A stretch of DNA of 64,000 bases from NCBI GenBank assembly GCA_044238605.1, contig JBIICY010000004.1, positions 96,317 through 160,316 of the forward strand, in the 5' to 3' direction. The stretch comes from Patescibacteria group bacterium (GTDB lineage Bacteria > Bacteroidota > Ignavibacteria > Kapaibacteriales > Kapaibacteriaceae). Under the pieces are notes generated by a model. It did no database searches. It was not told the origin of the DNA and worked only from the letters and a program-made list of their open reading frames with translations. Both the position numbers and the translations under genes were made by a program. Of the stretch, positions 57,110-64,000 are shown piece by piece (position 1 is the stretch's first letter; each line of letters begins with the position of its first letter).

Positions 57110-60100
57110 AGCCCCCTACAATTACCCTCGTTCTCGCCCTTAGTATCCTGTTTGCCGCATCTAGCGTGCAGGCACAAATGCTCGGCGGATTTACGCCGTT
57201 TGGAAAGAACAAGAAGCAGTACGAGAAATTCAACTGGCGCTATATCTCCTCAGCCAATTTTGATGTGTACTTCCACGGCAGCAAGCCCGACCTTGCCCGG
57301 TACACATCGCGCGAAGCAGAGATTGCGCTCACAACGATTCAGGAGCAGCTAGGGTATACGATCACCAAGCGTATCACGTTCATCGTGTATAACTCGCACA
57401 ATCAGTTCCAGCAGACGAACGTGATTAGCGAGATGATGACCGAGGGCATTGGTGGCGTTACCGAACTGTTCAAAAACCGCATCGTCGTTCCCTTTGAAGG
57501 CGACTATTCAAAGTTCCGTCATGTTGTGCACCACGAACTGGTCCACGCCGTTCTGAACGACATGTTCTATGGCGGCAGCATACAGTCACTCGTAAACAAC
57601 CCTAACGCCGTACGTATCCCACTCTGGATGAACGAGGGATTTGCCGAGTTCTCCAGTGCTGATGGTATGGATGTGAAGACCGACATGTTCATGCGTGATG
57701 TGGCCGTAAGTGAGTATCTACGGGGCTTTGATCAGCTTAACGGATACTTCGCCTACCGTGGTGGACAGGCCTTTTGGACGTATGTGGCCAACACATACGG
57801 CAAAGCAAAAATCGGTATGGTGTTCAACGCACTGCGCATGACGCGTGATTTGGACCAGGCGTTTATGTCGGCCTTCAAAATGAACGTCGAAGACATGTCC
57901 GAGCGCTGGGTCAAGGAAGAGAAGAAGTACTACTTCCCCGATGTAGGCAAATACGAGTATGTAGAAGACTTCGCAAAGCGCCTTACGAATCACCAGAAGG
58001 ACGATAACTTCTACAACACATCGCCGGCGATTTCGCCCAATGGTGACCGTGTTGCGTTTATCTCCGACAGAGGAAGCGGCACCTTTGGTGTGTATCTGAT
58101 GAACCTTAAGACGAAGGAAGTAGAAGAACTCGTAACAAGCGGACGCAGCGCGGATTTCGAAGAGCTGAACTTTCTTACGCCCGGCATTTCGTGGAACCCT
58201 AAGGGCACCAAGCTTGCCGTAGCTGGTAAGGCTCCTGGTCAGGATGCGATCTACATCGTAGATGTTACTTCTGGTGACTACGATCGCATAACCCTGAACA
58301 TGCAGACGATAGGGGGCGTGGCATGGTCTCCAGATGGACGCCGCATTGCATTTGATGCCGATACAGGGGGCAAGCAGCGGGACATCTACATCTACGACAC
58401 GTTCAAGAAGACCACGTCCAAACTCACCAACGACATCTTCACAGACCAGACACCTGTATGGTCTCCTGATGGTGCATACGTGTACTTCATCTCCGACCGC
58501 ATGGCATATCTATCGCAGGCTGATGTGCCGTTGGGCTTTGATCTTGCCAAGCACGACGTGGATTCACGTGATATCTATCGCGTCCCGCTTGCTGGCGGCT
58601 CTATTGAGCGCATCACAGAAGATCCAGACGTAGGGAAGTACTCGCTTGCTATCGCACCAAAGGGCAACACCATGCTCTACGTTGCTGATTACAACGGCAT
58701 CAGCAACCTGTGGAAGATGGACCTTGCAACCAAGAGCCGAGTGCCCCTTACCAATTCGCTGCAGGAAGTTTCGCAGATCTCGCTTTCGCTTGACGGCACA
58801 AAGCTGATGTTTGCTTCCCAGAACCGTGTAGGATATGACCTGTTCCAGCTGGATTTTCCACTGGAGCTCAAGGCCAAGGATACGCTTCCGGTAACGCTGT
58901 TTCAGAAGCAGCGAATGCAGGAGCGCAATGCTCTTACGGAGATTATCAGCAAAAGGGCAGAACCAACAGCCGCAGAGACATTTAGCTACGGGAACTTCGA
59001 TGTTGATCTAGCAGATCAGAAGTCCGTAAAGCCCAATGAAGACCTCGTAGTCTCGCCTGACGGAAACCTTTCCGAGGACGGAGACCAAGGCTATGACACC
59101 GTCTCTGCTGTAAGCGACTACAAGGTTGCCTTCTCGCCCGACATCGTAACGGGCAATGCTGGGTTTGACAACTTCCTCGGCGCAACGGGTCAGATAGACA
59201 TGCTATTCTCCGATATGATGGGCGATCACGAGATCTACCTTCGTGCTAACCTTTTTTACGATCTAAACAACAGCAGCATATTCCTCTCCTACAGCTACCT
59301 TCCAAACCTGATAGACCTGCGCATTGCGGCATTTCAAAACGCTGGTTTCCTTGAGCGTGCAAGTCAGTTTGGTCTGAACTGGTATCGTGTGCGCAGTTAT
59401 GGTCTGGACTTCCAGGCATCCTACCCATTTACCCGCTACACGAGAGTAGATGCAGGCTTACAGGTGTTGGGCCTTTCGCAGAACAATCTGGACGTGCCGC
59501 AGGAACAGCTGCCATCGCTCTTCGTAACCGTGCCAAGTGTGTCATTCGTGCTTGATGACGGCATCTGGGGCATGTGGGCGCCGATGAAGGGCACCAGACT
59601 AAACCTTACCGTAGAGGGCTCGCCCAAATGGTCGGGTAAGGGGCTAGAGTTTGCCACAGCACGTCTTGATGCACGTCACTACATCCATTTAGGCGGAATG
59701 TACTCGTTTGCGCTGCGTGGCACGGCTGGTATAAGCGCCGGAACCGAGGCGCAGAAGTTTTACATCGGTGGAACCGATAATCTGATCTCGCAGTCAAACG
59801 GACGTATTCGTGCATGGCCATTCGTCAACGTAGAAGACTTCATGTTTACGCGTCCAGGGTGGCCCCTTCGCGGATGGAGTATCAACGAGCGCAATGGCTC
59901 ACAGTTCTTCGTTACCAACGTCGAGTTCCGTTTCCCGTTCCTCTTTGCGTTCAAGGCTGGCCCCATTCCATCGCTGTTTCAGGGTATGCAGGCACAGTTC
60001 TTCTTTGACGCAGGCAATGCGTACTGGGAATCGTTCAATCAAGCACTGCAGCGCGGAGGAGACTACAACACGGGAGATATGCTCAAGAGCGTTGGTGTTG

Positions 60101-60216
60101 GCGTGCGCAACGTTGCACTCGGCCTGCCGCTGCGCATCGATGTTGCGTGGCGCTTTGAGCAAACTGGTGGTATGTCTGCTCCGGTGTGGATGTTCTCACT
60201 CGGTGGTGACTTTTGA
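57106..60216 (+). CDS. Outer-membrane multidomain protein: N-terminal gluzincin-like (HExxH...NEGxAE) domain, then TolB-type PD40 beta-propeller repeats, then a C-terminal Omp85/BamA-type beta-barrel with no POTRA domains
   Basis: Signal peptide ...AASSVQAQ. HHELVH plus WMNEGFAEF. There are at least 6 PD40-like repeats (SPNGDRVAFISDR, WNPKGTKLAV, WSPDGRRIAF, WSPDGAYVYFISDR, ...). The C-terminus is Omp85-like (YIGG..., VEFRFPF, FFFDAGNAY, GVGVR...PLRIDVAW). There is an ATGA overlap with rnc. Confidence 0.7.
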   Translation: MKPPTITLVLALSILFAASSVQAQMLGGFTPFGKNKKQYEKFNWRYISSANFDVYFHGSKPDLARYTSREAEIALTTIQEQLGYTITKRITFIVYNSHNQFQQTNVISEMMTEGIGGVTELFKNRIVVPFEGDYSKFRHVVHHELVHAVLNDMFYGGSIQSLVNNPNAVRIPLWMNEGFAEFSSADGMDVKTDMFMRDVAVSEYLRGFDQLNGYFAYRGGQAFWTYVANTYGKAKIGMVFNALRMTRDLDQAFMSAFKMNVEDMSERWVKEEKKYYFPDVGKYEYVEDFAKRLTNHQKDDNFYNTSPAISPNGDRVAFISDRGSGTFGVYLMNLKTKEVEELVTSGRSADFEELNFLTPGISWNPKGTKLAVAGKAPGQDAIYIVDVTSGDYDRITLNMQTIGGVAWSPDGRRIAFDADTGGKQRDIYIYDTFKKTTSKLTNDIFTDQTPVWSPDGAYVYFISDRMAYLSQADVPLGFDLAKHDVDSRDIYRVPLAGGSIERITEDPDVGKYSLAIAPKGNTMLYVADYNGISNLWKMDLATKSRVPLTNSLQEVSQISLSLDGTKLMFASQNRVGYDLFQLDFPLELKAKDTLPVTLFQKQRMQERNALTEIISKRAEPTAAETFSYGNFDVDLADQKSVKPNEDLVVSPDGNLSEDGDQGYDTVSAVSDYKVAFSPDIVTGNAGFDNFLGATGQIDMLFSDMMGDHEIYLRANLFYDLNNSSIFLSYSYLPNLIDLRIAAFQNAGFLERASQFGLNWYRVRSYGLDFQASYPFTRYTRVDAGLQVLGLSQNNLDVPQEQLPSLFVTVPSVSFVLDDGIWGMWAPMKGTRLNLTVEGSPKWSGKGLEFATARLDARHYIHLGGMYSFALRGTAGISAGTEAQKFYIGGTDNLISQSNGRIRAWPFVNVEDFMFTRPGWPLRGWSINERNGSQFFVTNVEFRFPFLFAFKAGPIPSLFQGMQAQFFFDAGNAYWESFNQALQRGGDYNTGDMLKSVGVGVRNVALGLPLRIDVAWRFEQTGGMSAPVWMFSLGGDF

Positions 60217-60810
60217 GTATCCCGCTCGGGAGTTCGTGCGGGCAATGATCTCCTGCTGGAGAAACTCCCGATGTGCTTCGGCAATATTCACATCAAAGCT
60301 GATGGCATCGCCATATGTTGCTTCGAACTCAGCGCCTACCTCTTCAAGCAGTCTGGTGATAACAGACACATCATCGTATAGGCAGTGCACCGTAAGCTTC
60401 ATACGCGGCTCTACTAGCACCGATTTGCAGGCATCGATAGCCCCTTGGCCAGCCTCTGCATAGGCCCGTGCGAGAGGTCCTACACCGAGCTTTACGCCCC
60501 CATAGTAGCGCACAACTACAACCATGCAGTCCGAGAGCTTTGCACGCTGCAACGCAAAAAGAAGGGGCTTACCGGCCGTACCGGAGGGCTCGCCATCGTC
60601 GGACATGCGAGACTCGAGTCCGTACGGACCCAACCTGTACGCAAAGCAATGATGCACGGCATCCCAGTACTCCTTTCGGATAGAATCGAGAAACTCCTGC
60701 GCCTTTTGCTTGGTTTGCACCGGCACGAGAAAAGCCCGAAAGACTGAGCGTTTGATGGTAATTTCGAACTCGCTTTGGCTCGTTACCGTATGGTAGGGTT
60801 GAAAGGACAT
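60196..60810 (-). CDS. yigZ: IMPACT/YigZ family protein (UPF0029)
   Basis: Contains HHCFAYRLG, DDGEPSGTAGKPLL and VVVVRYYGGVKLG. ATG 60810 is preferred, and the track start 60906 is an over-extension into bshA. Confidence 0.8.
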   Translation of the reverse strand: MSFQPYHTVTSQSEFEITIKRSVFRAFLVPVQTKQKAQEFLDSIRKEYWDAVHHCFAYRLGPYGLESRMSDDGEPSGTAGKPLLFALQRAKLSDCMVVVVRYYGGVKLGVGPLARAYAEAGQGAIDACKSVLVEPRMKLTVHCLYDDVSVITRLLEEVGAEFEATYGDAISFDVNIAEAHREFLQQEIIARTNSRAGYSKVTTE

Positions 60811-60816
60811 CTGATA

Positions 60817-60824
60817 CAAAGGTA
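60817..60824 (-). promoter_or_regulatory. -7 box (TACCTTTG on the - strand) 6 nt upstream of the yigZ ATG
   Basis: CAAAGGTA on the + strand at 60817-60824. It has the same 6-nt geometry as pyrB and implies a leaderless yigZ mRNA. Confidence 0.3.
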
Positions 60825-60827
60825 GAT

Positions 60828-61955
60828 ATGCGCATTGGAATGGTCTGCTACCCAACCTATGGCGGTAGCGGAATCTTGGCCACAGAACTCGGACATGAGC
60901 TCGCAAAACGCGGGCATTGCGTGCATTTTATCACGTATGCGCAGCCGATGCGGCTGGATAGGTTTCAGGACAACATCTTCTACCACGAGGTAGAGACACC
61001 GTCGTATCCGCTGATGGAGTTCAACCAATACACGTTGGCTCTGGCAGGCAAGATCCTGGATGTTGCCAAGTATGAGCAGCTGGATGTTGTGCATGTTCAC
61101 TATGCAATTCCGCATGCTATTAGCGCATATCTCGCAAAAGAGATCTCACAGACCACTCGCCCCCTCAAACTTGTGACAACGCTTCATGGAACAGACATCA
61201 CACTTGTTGGCATGGAGCCTACGTTTCATCCGATTGTGAAGTTTTCGCTGGAAAAGTCTGACGTGGTGACGGCTGTCTCTGGGTTTCTGCAGGAGAAGAC
61301 ACGGCAGAGCTTCGGAAACGATCTTGATATCAAGGTTATCCCAAACTTTGTTGACACCAAGGTATACGTCCGCAACGAGAACTCTGCTGTAGCATCAAAG
61401 GTCCGCGGCGATGCAGACTTTGTCCTGATGCACGTCTCAAACTTCCGTCCAGTAAAGCGCGTGCAGGACTGCATCCGCATCCTTGCCGAAGTGCGCAAGA
61501 GCGTGAATGCACGCCTGGTCTTCGTAGGAGACGGACCCGAGCGTTCTGATGCAGAGCGCCTGTGCCGTGAGCTGGACGTAGTAGACCACGTACTCTTCCT
61601 CGGAAAACAGTCGGGTCTGCCCGAGCTGCTTTCATCTGCCGATATCTTCCTCTTGCCATCGCAGCAGGAGAGCTTTGGTTTGTCGGCACTCGAAGCCATG
61701 AGCTGTTCTGTTCCTGTTGTTGCCACCAACATCGGCGGTATCCCCGAAGTGGTGCGTCACGACGAAACAGGCTTTGTAGCTGAACTTGGAGACGTGCACC
61801 GAATGGCCAAGTATTGTCTCGACCTGCTGAATCATCCAAAGAAACTTGCCGCGTTTCGCGAGAATGCGCGCCAGCGCGTAATCGACCATTTCGACATCAA
61901 CACCATCGTACCGATGTACGAAGACGTGTATAACCTAGCTATTTCGAAACCATAA
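60828..61955 (+). CDS. bshA: N-acetyl-alpha-D-glucosaminyl L-malate synthase BshA (GT4), the first step of bacillithiol synthesis
   Basis: Close, full-length resemblance to the Bacillus BshA sequence as I remember it (GxxCYPxxGGSG..ELG..LA.RGH..HFIT, DVVHVHYAIPHA, TTLHGTDIT, VSNFRPVKRV, FLGKQ, ESFGL..LEAM, GGIPEV). Confidence 0.85.
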   Translation: MRIGMVCYPTYGGSGILATELGHELAKRGHCVHFITYAQPMRLDRFQDNIFYHEVETPSYPLMEFNQYTLALAGKILDVAKYEQLDVVHVHYAIPHAISAYLAKEISQTTRPLKLVTTLHGTDITLVGMEPTFHPIVKFSLEKSDVVTAVSGFLQEKTRQSFGNDLDIKVIPNFVDTKVYVRNENSAVASKVRGDADFVLMHVSNFRPVKRVQDCIRILAEVRKSVNARLVFVGDGPERSDAERLCRELDVVDHVLFLGKQSGLPELLSSADIFLLPSQQESFGLSALEAMSCSVPVVATNIGGIPEVVRHDETGFVAELGDVHRMAKYCLDLLNHPKKLAAFRENARQRVIDHFDINTIVPMYEDVYNLAISKP

Positions 61956-61970
61956 CTTCTTTTACGAAAC

Positions 61971-63347
61971 ATGACACCCCAAGAGTACCTCCAGCAGAAC
62001 ACCGCGCTCTACGAAGAGCAGCTCAAAGAGTTTTTGTCAATCGGTAGCGTCAGCACCGACCCTGCATGCGCGGACGACGTAAAGAACTGCGCCACGTGGC
62101 TATCAGATCACCTCAAGGGCATTGGCATGCCCACGGTTACGATCTATCCAACGCCGGGGCATCCTATCGTGTATGCAGAAGACCTCTCAGCAGGCGAGTC
62201 CGCACCAACGGTAATGCTGTACGGTCACTACGACGTGCAACCAGTAGACCCCTTGAACCTCTGGACAAATCCGCCATTCGAGCCAGTTATCCGCGACGGC
62301 AAGATCTATGCCCGCGGCGCAACAGATGATAAGGGGCAGGTGTTTCTGCACGTAAAGGCCATCGAAGCTATCTACAAGACGGTAGGGAAGTTGCCGATCA
62401 ACATCAAGCTGCTCATCGAGGGCGAGGAAGAGATTGGTTCACCGAACCTTGCTCCGTTTGTACGCGAGAATGCAGACCTTTTGAAGTGCAATGCCGTGCT
62501 TGTATCCGATACATCGATGTTCGCACCAGGCGAGCCATCGATTGTGTACGGCCTGCGCGGACTTGCCTACATGGAGATCAACGTGCAGGGTCCAAACCGG
62601 GACCTACACTCGGGCTCGTACGGCGGTGCCGTGCAGAATCCGCTCAACGCCCTTGCAACAATCATCTCGAAGCTCAAGGACGAGTACGGACACATCAAGG
62701 TTGAAGGGTTTTATGATGACGTGCTTGCGCTTACCGAGCAAGAGCGCGCAGACCTTGCAGCGCTTGGTCACAGCGACGAGCGCCTCAAGCAAGATGTAAA
62801 CGTAGACACACTCTTTGGCGAAGACGGCTACACATCCATCGAGCGCCTTGGGGCGCGTCCAACGCTCGACGTAAATGGCTTCTTGGGTGGCTTTACCGGA
62901 GAAGGCGCCAAAACAGTTCTGCCGGCGCGTGCCATGGCCAAGGTAAGCATGCGTCTTGTGCCGCATCAGCGTCATGACGACATAGCAAACAAGTTTATCA
63001 GCTATGTGAAGTCCATTACGCCCCCTGGCGTAACTGTAGAGATCACAGACCTGCACGGAGCAGACCCCGTGCTTGTAAACCGCGATTCTCCAGCTATGCA
63101 TGCGGCCGTAAAGGCACTCGAAGAGACCTTTGGCACCAAGTGCAGATTTACGCGCGAGGGCGGCTCGATCCCTGTTGTGCTGTTGTTCGACCAGGTGCTC
63201 AACGTGCCTACCGTGCTTATGGGCTTTGGACTTAACAACGAAAACGCGCACTCGCCGGATGAGCATTTCGATCTTGGCAACTTCCATACAGGAATGAAGG
63301 CAGCAGCGCGCTATTACCAGCTCGTTGCCGAGATGGTCCCTGCATGA
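61971..63347 (+). CDS. M20-family metallopeptidase (dipeptidase / ArgE-DapE-CPG2-like)
   Basis: Contains YGHYDVQP, ARGATDDKGQ, EGEEEIGSP and C-terminal HSPDEH. Confidence 0.85.
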   Translation: MTPQEYLQQNTALYEEQLKEFLSIGSVSTDPACADDVKNCATWLSDHLKGIGMPTVTIYPTPGHPIVYAEDLSAGESAPTVMLYGHYDVQPVDPLNLWTNPPFEPVIRDGKIYARGATDDKGQVFLHVKAIEAIYKTVGKLPINIKLLIEGEEEIGSPNLAPFVRENADLLKCNAVLVSDTSMFAPGEPSIVYGLRGLAYMEINVQGPNRDLHSGSYGGAVQNPLNALATIISKLKDEYGHIKVEGFYDDVLALTEQERADLAALGHSDERLKQDVNVDTLFGEDGYTSIERLGARPTLDVNGFLGGFTGEGAKTVLPARAMAKVSMRLVPHQRHDDIANKFISYVKSITPPGVTVEITDLHGADPVLVNRDSPAMHAAVKALEETFGTKCRFTREGGSIPVVLLFDQVLNVPTVLMGFGLNNENAHSPDEHFDLGNFHTGMKAAARYYQLVAEMVPA

Positions 63348-64000
63348 AGCGTCACACCGCAGAAATACTCCTCGTAGCGGTTACTGCATTGTGGGGTGGC
63401 ACATTTGTGCTCGTAGGTGATGTTGTTGACGGAGTGCATCCAAGTACTGACCCAAGTACCTTCGTAGCACTGCGGTTTCTCGTTGCTGCAGTACTTAGTA
63501 TGCTCTTATGGCCTACCGCACTTGGCGTGATCGACGCCTCGGTTGCCAAGAAAGGAAGTATCCTTGGAGTATTGTATGGCGCAGGCTTTATACTGCAGAC
63601 CTTTGGTCTGGCATCGACCAGCCCGTCTACATCTGCGTTTATCACCGGTACGATGGTTGGTTTCGTTCCAGTTATCCAGTTCGCCTTGTTCCGGACTCGT
63701 ATACAGCTTTCGCACCTTGTATCGATCGTCCTGATCGTAACGGGACTATACTTGTTTACAAAGCCCGATATGCATGGAGTCAAGACTGGGGATGTACTCA
63801 CGCTCATCAGTGCGTTTGTTTGGGCGCTCTACATGGTACTTATCGATAGATGGTCGACGCAGCTGCGCGACTATCCGACGAAGCAGAACAGCCTTGTAAT
63901 TCTGCAGTTCGTTGTAACGTGCATAATGGGTGTTATCGGTGCCGCAATCCATGCTGCTCCGCAGACTGTAGATCTTGTTGTGCGATGGGATAAGCCCCTT
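63344..64000 (+). CDS. EamA/DMT-family transporter, with the 3' end outside the window
   Basis: It is not in the ORF track because there is no stop before the window edge. I translated 219 codons without a stop: MKRHTAEILLVAVTALWGGTFVLV...ALRFLVAAVL.... It has the EamA pattern and an ATGA overlap with the M20 stop. Confidence 0.7.
   Translation, partial: MKRHTAEILLVAVTALWGGTFVLVGDVVDGVHPSTDPSTFVALRFLVAAVLSMLLWPTALGVIDASVAKKGSILGVLYGAGFILQTFGLASTSPSTSAFITGTMVGFVPVIQFALFRTRIQLSHLVSIVLIVTGLYLFTKPDMHGVKTGDVLTLISAFVWALYMVLIDRWSTQLRDYPTKQNSLVILQFVVTCIMGVIGAAIHAAPQTVDLVVRWDKPL

Noticed and set aside
63352-63807. A 151-aa - strand ORF at the right end of the window.
   Set aside because: The + strand frame from ATG 63344 is open to the window edge. 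It encodes a convincing EamA/DMT transporter that is coupled to the M20 gene. The - strand ORF has no recognisable features.

Overview
This is a 64-kb chromosomal stretch from a Gram-negative bacterium of the FCB superphylum (Bacteroidota/Rhodothermota/Ignavibacteriota-like). I cannot name the taxon by eye, and GC looks near 50% but was not computed. The lineage call rests on a PorU/PorV type IX secretion module with CTD-tagged cargo, an alternative complex III operon, bacillithiol synthase BshA, and 12 sense-oriented Bacteroidota-type -7 promoter boxes (TAnnTTTG) just upstream of gene starts.

The window is almost entirely housekeeping DNA, mostly on the + strand and tightly packed with many ATGA/GTGA start-stop overlaps. 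In order it contains:
- DUF420, a small CxxC protein and actABCDEF
- lpdA-lipB and tRNA-Gly(GCC)
- porU-porV, dedA, pruA, rplS, cinA, tsaD, an OmpA-family protein, glyA and a T9SS cargo protein
- a fused E1 alpha/beta 2-oxoacid dehydrogenase
- one small IS200/RAYT-like islet
- a UvrD-like helicase, gmhB and ftsK
- kdsA-lptC-tpiA-pgsA-pgpA, HU, pyrB-carB and prmC
- exbB-exbD-exbD-tonB with a PstS-like lipoprotein and a TPR protein
- yceD-rpmF-plsX-fabHDG-acpP-fabF-rnc
- a 1036-aa peptidase/PD40/Omp85 fusion, yigZ, bshA, an M20 peptidase and a partial EamA transporter

I see no CRISPR array, prophage, toxin-antitoxin pair or recognisable multi-gene defence island.

The observations most worth a second look are:
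- Two unrelated heptanucleotide tandem arrays. One is a 20-unit TAGTCCC/TAGTACC array, flanked by an inverted repeat, between acpP and fabF. The other is (GCGARYA)x15, in frame inside the helicase.
- The Y1/HUH transposase islet, with a perfect 30-bp palindrome and a G-tract/T-tract array.
- The POTRA-less Omp85 barrel fused to a gluzincin-like domain and TolB-type propeller repeats.
- An orphan PstS-like lipoprotein embedded in the Exb/TonB cluster.
- A tandem DnaA-box pair upstream of tRNA-Gly.
- Two apparently leaderless genes, pyrB and yigZ.

All functional calls come from motif and family recognition by eye. No searches were run.
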